Shown here: positions 39,838 to 53,372 of the stretch, piece by piece
How positions within the stretch are numbered: position 1 is the stretch's first letter
Layout of the letters: each line of letters opens with the position of its first letter
DNA from: Azolla caroliniana
Lineage: Eukaryota; Plantae; Polypodiophyta
Assembly (NCBI GenBank): GCA_043228905.1
Contig: JBHGNT010000021.1
Span: 11,594,001 to 11,658,000, forward strand
Length of the DNA stretch: 64,000 nt
Direction of reading: 5' to 3'
Position numbers and translations under genes: made by a program
Notes under the pieces: generated by a model
Database searches by the model: none
Told to the model about the DNA's origin: nothing
What the model saw: the letters and a program-made list of their open reading frames with translations, nothing else

Positions 39838-42800
39838 TCAATCAGATTCCTTCACGTCTTCATTCACATCCGCCCTATTATCTTCATCGTCAAGGTGATC
39901 GAGGTCAGGATCCTCGTCTTGTCTTTTCTTGAAAATCTTTACTCTTTTCCCCACAATGGGTACGACCAACTTTGATCCGTCTAGCTCCGCAAGGTGGTAT
40001 GTGGCATTATCGTTGGCAGTTGTCACCACATACAGTCTGAACCATCTTCTTGCAAACTTTCTTGTTGTACTGTGTTGATTGTCAAGGCTAATGTCGTAGA
40101 CCAATACCCAATCTCCTTCTTCGATCTTCTTGGGATGCAGTCGCGTCTTGTCGAACCGAATTTTGTTCTTCACTCCGGCTACCTCCATCATCTTTCGCGC
40201 TTTTTCTAGATCTTCGGGTCTTCTTTCAAGTTGCCTTATCCGTGCCGCTAATAACTCTTCTCAGCTCATCTCGTTCTCCCATGGTATCGCTACCCATGAG
40301 CTCGACCGTTGCATGCTCATGAGTAGTGATACCATGGGAGAACGAGATGAGCCGAGAAGAGTTATTAGCGGCACGGATAAGGCAACTTGAAAGAAGACCC
40401 GAAGATCTAGAAAAAGTGTGAAAGATGATGGAGGCAGCCCGAGTGAAGAACAAAATTCGGTTCAACAAGACGCGACTCATCTTGTTCTCCCATGGTATCG
40501 CTACCCATGAGCTCGATCGTTGCATTATCGGCTTTTGTCCATACATAAGCTCCGTTGGCATATACCCTGTCACCGAGCTGTGTGTCGTTCTGCCAGCCCA
40601 CAAGGCATAGGGCAATAGTCGTGGCCAATTCCCGACTCGACCGTTGCATGCTCGTACGATGCCTTTGACGTTAGGTCCATGCACTGACTCGATCTTCCCA
40701 TTCGCTTCTGGATTGTAGGCAGTCGCGAGGGAGAGCTTCACACCTAGTCGTTCAAAAAGCTCTGTTGCTTCGTGTGCATCCAACTCCCCTCAGTCGGCGA
40801 CTATCTTTCCCACACATCCGTATTGGCAGACAACCTCTTCGAGTAGAAATTTGCAAACAACCGACGTCGTCTTATTTGTCAAGGCACGTACTTCCACTTG
40901 ATTTGTCAAGTCTTCTCTTGCCAGATGTAAGTACTTCATTTGTCCCACTCCCATTGGCAATGAGACCAGATCCACCATCCATTTGAAGTGTATGGTGAGC
41001 GGGTATGTTGGTCGTAGCTCATCACGATGACGTATATTCGAATGTACTTGGCATGTTTTGCATGTGGATACGAAATGGAGTACATCTTTGTATATGCTTG
41101 GCCACCAGTACTTCTCCTTCAACTTCTCGAACATCGCCCATGTTCCTCCATGACCTGCCCAAGCACTCTCGTGGAATTCGTTCATTAGCGTCACTTGCTC
41201 TTCTTTCTTCACCACCACTTGACGTGGTATTCCTGTCCTTCTTTTTGGGTGTCGCCAAAGGAAGCCTCCCTTCAAGAAGTATTGGTAAGCTTTCTTCTGA
41301 ATTCGTAGGGCCTCCTCCTTCGTCAACGAAGCATCCGCCGTCATTGTTTTTAGGAATCGGCCGATCTGTAACCACTCTCCTTCATACTCATCCTTGTTGA
41401 AGGCGTGGAGGGTTAGTGTGTCCTTGTCTTCTGCTGATAGTCGAGCCATCTTGAAGAAGTCGAGGTTGACTTCTTCATCTTCCGAAACCATGTCACTTTC
41501 ATTCTCAAATCTTGCCCTTGACAGCATGTCAGCCATGGCGTTCTTCTTCCCTGCAATATGGCAGATCTCTAGGTTTAAAGACTTGATATAGGCGATCCAC
41601 CTTAGCATAGCTAGATCTGGTGTCACAAATCCTGAGATCATCCCAAGGATTGTGAGACAATCTGTCTCAATTATTACTTCTGACTCGATCAGGTAGTCTT
41701 TGTCCGTCTTCACTGTTGACACAATACCCCAAAGTTCTCGCTTGACTTGGGTGTATCTTTGTTGTCGTTTTCTAAGAACCTTTGCTCCGAACCGGATGGC
41801 ATACCGCGCATTATCTTCTTCTTCTTGGTTGATGACCCACCCGATTCCGGTTGGGCTCATATCTACAATCACATAAATCGGCTTCCCTTCGGTATAGTCG
41901 GCCTTTCTTAGTGCTGGAGCTTCAAGAAGTAGTTTCTTCAATCTTCGCATCGTGTTTGTGTGCTCGTCTCACCATTCGAACTTCATTCTTTTCTTTAGCA
42001 ATCCATATAAAGGCTCGGTGACATGGGTAAAGTGCGGAATCCAGATATGATAAAACGTGCATGCTCCAAGGAACCTTCGAACCTCCGTTTGGTTTACGCA
42101 TTCTTCTTTCATATCCTGGATCGCGTTCACCTTGGATGGCGAAGGCTTCTGGCCGTATGCTCCGCACAAGTGACCTACTACCAAAATCTCCACTTGCCTG
42201 AATGTGGATTTTTCTCCCGAAAATATCAAATTCGCATCGTCAAGCCTTTGGAGCACCTTCTCACAATCTTTCATATGATCCGCAACGAGCTTTCTACACC
42301 CTTCCTTATCTTTCGATTCATCTTTCTTCTCATTCGAACATCCTTTTATCGGAATATCATCCAAGAATGGCATCGTGATGTCCGGGATGCAATCCTTCAA
42401 GACCTTGTTCATGGCATTCACCATATGAGCCACCGAGTTCGTTGCACCTTGAGGTAAGGTACACATCCGCACGAGCCCGATCGGAGTCCTCATGGTCGTA
42501 ATGTCACGACTGTCGATTGCCAACTGGAATTGGTCATATCCGGAGTAGAGATCGCCAATTGAGTAGATGGACCAGCCCGCAAATGCCTCGGCAAATTCGT
42601 CCACACTCGGACTGATTCCAGCATTTTGAATTGTCACCTTGTTGACGGGTTGAAGATCTTGGATGAATCGCAATTATCCATTCTTCTTTGGCACCGTGAA
42701 CCACCTATTAGAGTAAGGAGCATTCGATGGTTCCAAAATTCCCATATCCACCTTCTCCTTTAAGAGCTCAATCAGCTTCGGTAGATGTGCTCTCGGAACT

Positions 42801-43527
42801 GGTATCGGTTTCAAATTCCAAGGCACATGCGGCACCGTGAAGATTACCATCGGCTCTATCGTCCTTGGATCAGCACATCCGATTTCATGTGGGAAAAATG
42901 CGAAAGCCTTCCCATGTCTCTCAAGCATGTCGCGAAATATTTGCTCTTCTTCAGGGAGGAGGAAATCCTCCCTTCCAACTCGTAGCTTTCCCTTCGTCTC
43001 TTCGGTGAAGACATGACCTATTGCCTTCGGATCCCTTAAGCTTGGATCATTAGCGACTTCCTTCATCTTTTGCCAGCTATCTTCCGGTAGCGGAACCGCA
43101 TTTGGCTTGATCTTCTTATCCACCGTTTTATATTTTGTGTTGACTTCAGCTTCCTCCATCAAGATTCCACAATGGTATTCATCGATGATAGCGTCATGTT
43201 GATGGAGTTAATAGAAATCACGTGTTGATCATGAAGATAGCTCAAGTCCACGACTTCCTCGATTTCGCTGATGGTGTCGTTAAATGAGGCTTCTTCCATC
43301 ATATGAGTCACGAACTCTTCTTCTTCTATTATGTTTTCTTCTTTCAACATCTTCTTGAAGTCTTGTATCCGACACTTGTCCTTCTTGTCGGGTAGTACTA
43401 GTTTACATGCGCCACTAGGTGTGACACATGTTGCTTCTCCTCGCAATCCACGCAGTCTATTTTCTTGTGGGGACATGTGATTGCTCGGACTATTTGTGCC
43501 CCATGCTTCCATAGTCCTCTCTAAAAA
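39838..43527 (-). pseudogene. D pol (RT, RH, INT) in the -1 frame relative to gag-PR
   Basis: DLYSGYDQF, LPQGATNSVA, PFLDDIPIKG, VDMSPTGIGW, ETDC, FHESAWAGH..CKTC, YNPEANGKIE; acidic C-terminus with no chromodomain. Confidence 0.93.
40139..40477. repeat. Fold-back inverted duplication: 163-bp arms, 13-bp spacer
   Basis: 40315-40477 is the reverse complement of 40139-40301 with a few transitions. Confidence 0.93.
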
Positions 43528-43530
43528 TCT
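43467..43530 (-). promoter_or_regulatory. Putative -1 ribosomal frameshift signal of D
   Basis: A GAT TTT TAG, 6-nt spacer, stem GGACTAT/ATAGTCC, loop TGGGG able to pair with a downstream CCCCA. Confidence 0.7.
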
Positions 43531-45680
43531 AAAGCATCTTCTCCAAGACAATCCCGATTCCTTTCATGGTTGGCACGTTCTGTCAAGAATTGTATGGCCT
43601 TCTTCCCATCAAGACTCTTACTCGAGCAAATGCCGCACCATTGTCGAACACTTTGGTTTCCATCCGCGATGATGTTATGTATGGTTGCCCAAGAATGATG
43701 GGATGGGACGCCGAGTCTTGAACAAAAAAATGTTGATCTATCTCAACATCGCCAATCGTGATGGGGATGTTAGGACATGCCCCATACAAGTCTTCGGTAG
43801 CTTTCATAGCAACACGGATCTTCCACCCATGATTCGTATTTATGGGCCATCTTCCCTTCCTGTAGACTTCAATCGACATAAGGTTGATTTCGGAGCCATG
43901 GTCGATCAAGGCTACCATGGTCTCTTTCTTCTCCCCGATCTTCACCGGCGTCTCCGTTGTCGCTCGTGCCCAATGAGGTCGAGTATAATGACCGTCCACC
44001 ATATCTTCATCGACTTCGTCCCTTGCCATCGTTATGGCATTTGTTTTTGCTTTTTGTGGCTTCTCTTCTTCCTCGTCCGATTGTTGCCGTTTTCTCTATA
44101 CAAGGTCCACGATCATGTCATGGAACTCCTTCGTAATGCCGAGTAATTCCCTCAAGGACAAAGTGACGTGGCTATCAAGAACGCGTTCCTCGAGAATCTT
44201 CTTCAAGTCTGTCGTCTGCTCTATGTCCGACCTTAGCTTATAGGTAGGCAGAGTTTTTGTCTTCCGAGCAGATTCTTCAACACCAACCTTCATGGGTCGA
44301 ACCGTTTCTTCGACTCGTTTGCTTGACTCTTCTTTCCGGGTTGAGTCTCCATCCTCCGTTTGTAAAGCTCGATTTGCTTCTACATCTTCTTTCTTCTTCG
44401 TGCTCCTTGTTTCATGTCTTTTTGATGGGCTAGCTTGCCCTTCCATTCTTTTTCTCTTTTCATCCACAAACACCTCGTGGTTGTCACACATCACTTCCGT
44501 GAGTATGGTGTTGTCATCTACCGTATCCGACCATCCGATTATACTTTGTACACTTCAATCTGCAAGCTCTACCTCGTTCGAAGTGACTTTTCCCTTCTTC
44601 TCATACTTGAAAACGGTAGACCAAAACTTTGTTCCCGTTCTAGCAGCTTCATTTTTATCTTAGTCCGACTCTAATTCCAGCCGTTGCAGCATAGTCCATC
44701 GCATCCACATGAGTCACCTCAGCATCTTCCATAGATTTCTTCATCCCCCCTCTTCCGAAATTCACCCGCAAGGGTCTTCGAGTTTCAGTCGAGCAGATCA
44801 TGTTGTCATCCATGTATACAATATTTTGTCGGATCGCCTCTCAAATGCTTGTGCAATCCCTTCTCATGTGGTCCATGCTATCGCACCACACGCATCTAAA
44901 GGGTTCTTTTCCTTTGGGGCCCCGACGATTCATGTTGGCTAGCATGACCATCTCGAACTTCTTCGCTAGCTCTTCGATGATGTCATCATCAATCTTCTTT
45001 TCTTCCAGGCTGCTTTGTTTGGGCGGCTTAGCTACTTTCGGTTGTCTTGTTTTCTCCGCGTTAGTCGATCCCGCCAAGACGGTGTCATCAACCCACTAAT
45101 GACGCTTGTCGAGCCTATTGCATGCTCGCTTCACCGCAACCCAGTCCACCACAAGCCCGTTCGCTTGGGTATCATCTTCAAGGAGAGTACACAATTCTCG
45201 ACTATCCTTTATATCCACAGGTTTTAGGAAGTACAAAGTTTTTTCCTCCTCAAGTAGCACTTGGTCTGTGGCGGGGAGACGACAAAACATTTGGTCGAAT
45301 TCGTCGTACACCCTCGGGGTGCTCATCTTCTTATTTTTCTTCTCTATCCACTTCATCAAGGCATGTTGAGTCATCCTTGACAAATCTTTCGTCGCGAACT
45401 CCGACCACGTTGTCTTCCCTTCTTGAAGCTCGATGACGCGCCTCTGGATGTTGTTGGTGACCACTCTCTTGAAACTTGTGATTTGACGCGCTTCAAACAC
45501 GTCCCTCTGATTCATCTCCCTTCTATATGCATCAAGGAACTTCGTAATCTCGAGCTCAACGACACAGTCGATGGACTTCTCTAGGCTCGCATCGTTGTCT
45601 CGAGATCTCATCATTTGTTCGACAATCAGCATCATCCTTTCGAATTCTCCCGCTTGATTGCTTGAGGATGCCATCTCCAA
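43521..45680 (-). pseudogene. D gag-protease
   Basis: CVWCDSMDHMRRDC zinc knuckle; ALIDHGSEINLM..PIILGQPY aspartic protease; ends DF*. Confidence 0.9.
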
Positions 45681-45720
45681 GTATCGGTTGATCCTCGACT
45701 GATCCTTCCTGCCGCGTCTT

Positions 45721-45737
45721 TCACGTCGGGTTCACCA
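45721..45737 (-). promoter_or_regulatory. tRNA-Trp PBS of D
   Basis: Plus strand TCACGTCGGGTTCACCA, 8 nt from the LTR edge at 45746. Confidence 0.9.
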
Positions 45738-45745
45738 CTTAATTA

Positions 45746-46268
45746 TGTCGTGAAGATCCGTCACTATGTGCGGGTCGTGAGGTGGAACCACCGGGGTTCT
45801 GGACCGGAAGGACTCAAAGTACGCACTAGCTTTAGCCAGAAAGGATTTAAGAGAGATTGAGAGAGAGAGATTGAGATAAGATAGAACGCTTGACTTTAGA
45901 TTGAGAGAGATTAAGATTGAACTCTTCACTTTAGATTTGAAGAACAAGATTGATACATCAATTGGATAACGAATTTCTTACTTTTAATTTCTTGATTAAT
46001 ACATCGCTCCCCTTTTGCTTGATTCCTCCACGCTTTTATAGATGCCCCCATGCATATGGTGCATGTGAGGGTGCAAGACATGCATGCAATGCATGCAATG
46101 CATGCAATGCATGCTTGCCATGTCATCATCTAAGCTCTCACACATGAAAATTTATATATAAAACATAAAAATATAATCCCTAAAGAAAGGATATTGCTTA
46201 ATGGTAAGCCTATAGACTCTTAACTTGGAGGTGCGAGGATCAAATCTTCACTTGCACTCCTTTTGAAT

Positions 46269-46301
<33 letters not shown>

Positions 46302-46839
46302 TATGTTTTATTATTATTATTATATATTGTGGTGTGCATGTATGCCTCGTGCCACTCTTTTAGCACACCCTTTTTAGGATGCATGTACCTAAGCCGACCC
46401 ACCCTTTTAGCATACCCTTTTAAGCTAAGCCAACCCAAATGGGTACCTTTGTATAAACTATAAATTGAGTAAGAAGTAAGAAACTAACTAGACTAGTTTT
46501 GATCTCTTATGTGCATTTCACAATATATATGTTTTTTTACAAGGAGTTTTTCTATCCGGTCATCATCTCGCCGGCTCCGTCGGTCACTCTTTTATAGATG
46601 CCCCCATGCATATGGTGCATGTGAGGGTGTAAGACATGCACGGAATGCATGAAATGCATGCAATGCATCCTTACCATGTCATCATCTAAGCTCTCACACA
46701 TGAGAATTTACATGTAAAATTGATGATAAAAATATAACCCTTAAAGAAATGATTTGGCTTAATGGTAAGCCTATAGACTCTCAACTTGGAGGTGCAAGGA
46801 TCAAATCTTCACTTGCACTCCTTTTGAATATACATATAT

Positions 46840-46922
<83 letters not shown>

Positions 46923-47931
46923 TTATATGTATGTATTTTTACAAGGCCTTTCTCCTTGCGGTCATCGTCTCACTGGCTCCGTCAGTCACTCTTTTATAAA
47001 TGCCCCCATGCATATGGTGCATGTGAGGGTGCAAGACATGCACGCAATGCATGCAATGCATGCAATGCATGCTTGCCATGTCATCATCTAAGCTCTCACA
47101 CATGAGAATTTACATGTAAAACTGGTGATAAAAATTCTCACACATGAAAATTTATATGTAAAGAAATGATTTGGCTTAATGGTAAGCTTATTGACACTCA
47201 ACTTGGAGGTGAAAGGATCAAATCTTCACTTGCACTCCTTTTGAATATACATATATATGTGCGTGTGTTTTATTATTATTATATATAGATATGTATTTTT
47301 ACAAGGCGAAAATTTATATGTAAAGAAATGATTTGGCTTAATGGTAAGCTTATTGACACTCAACTTGGAGGTGAAAGGATCAAATCTTCACTTGCACTCC
47401 TTTTGAATATACATATATATGTGCGTGTGTTTTATTATTATTATATATAGATATGTATTTTTACAAGGCGAAAATTTATATGTAAAGAAATGATTTGGCT
47501 TAATGGTAAGCTTATTGACACTCAACTTGGAGGTGAAAGGATCAAATCTTCACTTGCACTCCTTTTGAATATACATATATATGTGCGTGTGTTTTATTAT
47601 TATTATATATAGATATGTATTTTTACAAGGCGTTTCTCCGTCCGGTCATCGTCTCGCCAGCGCCGAATGATGCTGAATGCCGATTGCCAGATGCCCTTGC
47701 CGGATCGGTCGGTTGCCGTCGTCGCTCGCCGGTCTCGCCAACTCCCATTGACGGATCTGTCCAAAACACATAGTTATATGCATTTGGCATCCATTTGTTA
47801 AGTCATACAACTTAACCTTTCTATGCTCCACACATGAACACAAAGATAATAGCTTTTGCTCTGTCTTATATATGGTGGGATCCTTATTTGTCCTATCTAT
47901 GTGGGATATCACATTGTTTTATTTTTCTCTT
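45746..47931 (-). repeat. 5' LTR of D, expanded by repeats and truncated
   Basis: Matches 37942 onward; a block beginning TTTTATARATGCCCCCATGC recurs at about 46034, 46590 and 46992; (TTTA)n at 46838-46922; three copies of a 162-bp unit at 47147-47631. Confidence 0.88.
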
Positions 47932-49157
47932 CGGTTCTGTTGTTCGTAAAGATTGTGGACGTGCAGGATCGGGAGCAAGTGGGTCTCTTGCTGGAGACAG
48001 ACGACGACCTGATGACCGACGGGGCCGTGGTGAAAAGAGTCTACGGCTGTTTCGACAAACGGCGTGAGTAGGGCGACAAGGGCTCATCGGGGCGGGATCT
48101 GTTGCGGAAAGAAAGCTCGAGGAACCCCCGCTGGCGCGAAGGGAGGAAACCCGGGATTGGCTCGAGAGAGGCTCGACATCCACCAGCATGGTCAAAGGCC
48201 TGTCTGGAGGAGCGGCTCTAGAAGAGCTTACGCAGATGGTACGAGACCTCTAGATTGCATAGGCAAGGAGGGACGGCGGCGAGCAACCTCGTGACCGAAG
48301 GCCTTTGGCTAGGCATCGGTGCTTGTGGTGTGATGCGGTCGGTCACATCCAGAAGGACTGCGGGGACTTCGCGGAAGCACTCAAGGCTAACGTGGTGTAC
48401 CTGTGGAACGGTCGGGTGCATGCTAGCAAGACCCAAAGAGACCTAGAGTTGAACATCGGACGAGGAGGAATGAAGCGGCTGCTCACCATGCGGAGACCAT
48501 CCACTACTCGGCGTCGTAGGAATCCGGGTCGAGAGTGACGAAGGCTGCAGGACGAAGGACTCCGGGTTCTGGCCGTTGGTGCTAGAAGGCCTCGTCGGCG
48601 TGCGGCTTAGGAAGGAGGAAGCGGACCGCGCAGAAAGGTGGGTCCGGAAGGTCACCAGGTGGGACGACCCGGTTGAGGAAAAGACCAGCTTCGTGGAAGC
48701 CACGTGCCAGAACTATGAGGTTCTGGAAGAGGACAAGTGTGCGAGAAAAGCCGAAGGGTCTGGACCCTCACAACGGTACGTGACCCGGTTTGGGTCGAAG
48801 TAGAATGACGTCAATACCACCGGCACACCAGACAAGACAAAGAAGGCCGATTACCGGTTGAGCACCGAGATAGAAAGGATGACGGATCTACGAAAGGTCC
48901 TGAAGGAACGAATCCTCGATAGCAAGGTGGAGTTGCGTTAAGGGAAGTGCTCGGGATCGCCAAGAAGAAGTTCCACAACTCCACCGTGGACTTGGTGAAG
49001 CGGAAACGGCTTTCGACATAGTCGGAGCCGGAGAAGCCGATGGAGGTGTGAACGACACACTTGGAAGATATGGCCCTGGAGGACGAGTTGGTGGAAAGCC
49101 ACTATTCGAGGCTGCATTGGGCTAGAGCCATTATGGAGACCCCCGTTCAGATCGGAG
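47932..49157 (+). pseudogene. gag fragment of an F-family Gypsy
   Basis: VLLFVK..DREQVGLLLETDD, CLWCDAVGHIQKDC; collinear with 54580-55820. Confidence 0.88.
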
Positions 49158-49487
49158 CAAGGTTGTTAGGTACGTTAGGTATAGTACGGATACCATACGT
49201 ATTTAACGTATTAATACTCGTATAGTACCTCCCAATTTAAAAATACGTTAAATACGTTTTTTTAATATGTTAAATACTTATAAAATACGTATTTTACGTA
49301 TAGTACGTTAAATACTTCTAGAATTTGAAAATTTATTTACTTTTCTAAAAAATATCTATAATATTGTAAAAAACATCTATGTTTACACAATTTTGTGATG
49401 TACAATATAGTTCTACATCCTAAAATGCATATAAGACATTTGAACATTTCACATCCTAAAATACTTGTAGTAATATGGATGTCGACA
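49158..49487. mobile_element. Probable terminal segment of a hAT-like DNA transposon or MITE
   Basis: Abrupt switch from gag to AT-rich DNA beginning CAAGGTTGTT, with dense subterminal TACGT/ACGTA repeats in both orientations; the other end is not in the window. Confidence 0.5.
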
Positions 49488-50196
49488 TGTTAGGAAACAG
49501 ATCCCTCCAGATGGGATAGGAGTACCCGGCAACGGAAGACCCGGTGAAAACCGGATGACAAGTGTCCAACAAGAGCCAGATGGTGAAGACCCGGTGAGAA
49601 CCGAATGACGAGTGCCCGGCAAGAGCCGGATGGTGAAGGCCCGGTGAAGACCGGATGACGAGTGCCCGGCAAGAGCCGGATGATGCAGGCCCGGTGAGGA
49701 GTGCTCACCGGATGAAGGGACATATTCGTAAATATGTTTCTGAGAGTCCATTGGGGCTATATTTGTAAATAGCCGAAAAGTCATATTAGTATAAATATGA
49801 CTTAGGGCAAACTTAGTGCGTAGTTGTTGTCATTCTTGTTGGTGCAAGATTTGAGTGCAACCGTGTACAGAGAGAGAGAGTGAGAGTGAGAGACGAAGAG
49901 GACGTTGTCCCTGTTGTAACCGCTACTTGTGGCGAAGATAGTGAACAAGAGGTCGTTGCCTCTGTGTTCATCTATTGTATATTGTAACATAGTGATAGTT
50001 TGCAGTCTGTGGACTACCGTGGTTTTTCCCGTGTTTGGGTTTTCCACGTAAACATCCTGTGTACTCTTCTCTTTACTATGTCGTGCATACATTACCCGTT
50101 TTTCTGTGTTTGATCCTAGACTCGATTGTGGCCGAGCGTTGTTTTCGGAGCTTGTAGTCCCTTCAAAGTGGTATCAGAGCGAAACGACATAGAAAA

Positions 50197-53100
50197 ATGG
50201 ACGATTCATTGGGAGGCATGTTCAAGCTCACCGGCTCCAATTACTCAGTGTGGAAGTCGAAGATGAGGGACATGCTCGTGGTTAAAGATCTTTGGTTGCC
50301 GGTTCAGTTCGGGGACAAGAGACTGGACAAAATCAATGCCACGATATGGGAGGTGATGCACATGAAGACAACGGCATACATACGGTGCTTCATCGACATG
50401 AGTCTATACAACAACTTCAATGAAGAGAGCAAGGCTCATGAGCTCTAGGAGAAGATCGGCATTATGTTTCAGAACAAAACTGTTGTTAATCAGGTTTCGG
50501 TATTTCGGAAGCTAGTAAGTCTCCGGTACCAAGATGGCTCCAGCATGGCGGAGCACATGAATGCCTTCCAGGGGCTGATACACCAGGCAACATCATTGGA
50601 AGTACCTCTCGTCGATGAGGTACTAGCACTACTCCTGCTCGGTTCCCTCCCAGATAACTGGGAGACGTTGGTTGTCACTTTGACCAACATCGGGCCGGAG
50701 GGGAAACGGGAGCTCCGACTCCAAAGCGCTCCTTACCGAATTGAAATGCGGAAGACAAAGGAACCGTAGTCCCCAGAACCGGGAGAAGTCGGGGACACGG
50801 TCAAAGTCAAGGGGGAGGCCTACCTGCTTCTATTGCGACAAGCCGGGACACTTCCAGAAAAATTGTCGGCACTTCCGAAAAGACAAGGAAACCGACGGTA
50901 CCGATTCGAAGCGGACACCAGACCGGAACAGTAAAGACCGGAGGGGGCCGGACCAGAAGGGAACGATGGCAATCGCGGCAAGTGAAGAAGAGTTGATGCT
51001 CATCACCGAGGAGAGTGAACTAAACCTTATCGACGACGAGACAATGTGGGTGGTAGATTCCGGAGCGTCGTTCCACCTTACCCCGGACCGGAAATGCTCC
51101 TCGTCCTACTCAACCGGTGATCACGGCTGTGTCCGGATGGGGAATGAAGGTACATGCCGAATTGTCGGCATAGGAGACGTGTGGTTGACAACACCAACCG
51201 GATGCAAGCTGTTGTTGAAGGATGTCCGACACGTTCCGGAGGTTCGATTGAACCTGATATCAGCCGGTTGGCTAGATGATGAAGGCTACACGGGTAGCAT
51301 CCGGAACGGTGTTATGAAGTTCAGCAAAGGGAGCCTGATAATGGCTCGGGCCCGGAAGGTAAACATGTTGTACCTGATGAATGCCTGACTATGCCCGGAA
51401 GAAGTGAACGTGGCTTCTGATACTGCCGGTGAGTTGTGGCACAAGAGGCTGTGTCACATGAGCGAGAAGGGGATGAAGAGGCTTGCAGACGACAACCTCA
51501 TTCCAGTGAAGAACGTGCACTTGGAGAAGTGCATTGATTGTCTGGCCGGTAAACAAAATCAGACCTCCTTCCGATCGAGACCACCGATGAGACGTAATGC
51601 ACCACTGGAGTTGGTGCATACTGACGTATGTCAAGTGGACACGAAGTCACATGCCGGATCGCAGTACTTCGTGACGTTAATAGATGACCACAGCCGGAAG
51701 TTGTGGGCCACACTGCTGAAGATGAAGGATCAGGTGCTATCCGTCTTCAAACAGCTCCACGCGAGAGTGGAAAGAGAAACCGGCCGGAAGCTGAAGGCGA
51801 TTCGAGCAAATAATGGAGGTGAATACCGGGGGCAGTTCGAGGAGTATTGCCGCTCAAAAGGAATCCGGCTCGAATTTACCGTGTCGAAGACGCCGAAACT
51901 AAACGGGTTGGCCGAGAGGATGAACCGAACCATAATGGAGAGGGTCCGGAGTATGCTGGCGCATGCAAAACTACCTAAGAAGTTTTGGGCTGAGCCACTG
52001 TCGACGGCGACATATGTGATAAACAGATCACCCTCAGTACCCTTGGATGGAGACACGCCACAGAGAGTCTGGACCGGTAAGGAAGTGTCCTACCGGCATC
52101 TGAAGGTATTCGGGAGTCTTGCGTATGTGCATGTAGCTAAAGACCGGAGAGGGAAGTTAGATCCGAAGACCCGGCCATGCATATTCCTCGGGTACAACGA
52201 CGATGAGTTCGGCTACCGAGTGTGGGACCTGGTCAACCAGAAAGTATTCCGGAGTCGAGATATTATCTTCATGGAGGACAAGACGCTCGCCGACTGGGAG
52301 TAGGAGAAGAAGATAATGAACTCTGAGTCGACCGGTAAGGATCAATCCTACGATGAGCAGACCCAACCGGCAAGAGACCGGTTAACACTCGATGAACCGA
52401 CCGATGATGGTAAGGAGACAAGACAAGCCGAAGAAGAAGGAATAGGTGAAATCGGAACCGGCCAAGACCCCGAATCGGATTCGGATGAAGAAAAAATAGA
52501 GGAGCCGGTTGCCGAAGGCCAAAGACGGAGATATCCTCTCAGAGAGAGGAGGGCCCCCCGGAGATTTCCGGATGCAGAGCATGTGCTGCCGACCGATGAG
52601 GGAGAGCCAGAAAGCTTCGAAGAAGCGAAGGATGACACCCACAGCCACAAATGGTCAAGTGCCATGCAGGATGAGATGGATTCCCTGCATGAGAACCATA
52701 CATACGAATTGGTGGAGTTGCCGAAAGAAAAGCGGGCACTCCGAAATAAGTGGGTGTACAAGTTGAAACCGGGAGATGCCGGCAACCCCCCGAGATACAA
52801 AGCCAGGATCGTGGTGAAGGGGTTCCAGCAGAAGAAGGGCATGGACTTCGACGAGATATTTGCCCCGGTAGTAAAGATGACCTCCATCCGGACGGTGCTG
52901 AGTATAGCGGCAAGCATGGACCTCGAGGTAGAGTAGCTGGACGTGAAGACGACATTCCTTCACGGTGACCTTGAAGAGGAGATCTACATGCAGCAACCGG
53001 AAGGATTCGTGGAGAAAGGAAAGGAGCACCTGGTTTGCCGGTTGAAGAAGAGCCTGTACGGTCTGAAGCAAGCTCCCGACAATGGTACCGGAAGTTCGAC

Positions 53101-53372
53101 TCCTTCATGACCGATCAAGGGTACCACAAGACGCAGGCCGATCACTGCGTATTTGTGAAGAAGTTCAAAGGAGGCGACTTCCTGATACTCCTTCTGTACG
53201 TGGATGACATGTTGATCGTCAGACGGGACCAAGCCAAAATACGGATGCTGAAGAAGGCTCTGAACCGAACTTTCGCAATGAAAGACTTGGGTCCGGCAAG
53301 ACAGATACTAGGGATGCACATCATCCGGAACCGGTCAAAGAAGCAATTGTGGTTGTCACAGGAGAAGTACGT
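50197..53372 (+). pseudogene. Copia J gag, PR, INT and RT
   Basis: MDDSLGGMFKLTGSNYSVW, CFYCDKPGHFQKNC, WVVDSGASFH, LWHKRLCH, KLDPKTRPC, LLYVDDMLI, LSQEKYV. Confidence 0.93.

Larger units (their letters stand above)
37942..47931 (-). mobile_element. Element D: near full-length tRNA-Trp-primed Gypsy; 5' LTR truncated
   Basis: 3' LTR 37942-39765, PPT 39766-39782, PBS 45721-45737, 5' LTR from 45746 to a deletion junction near 47931; left flank GCGT. Confidence 0.93.
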
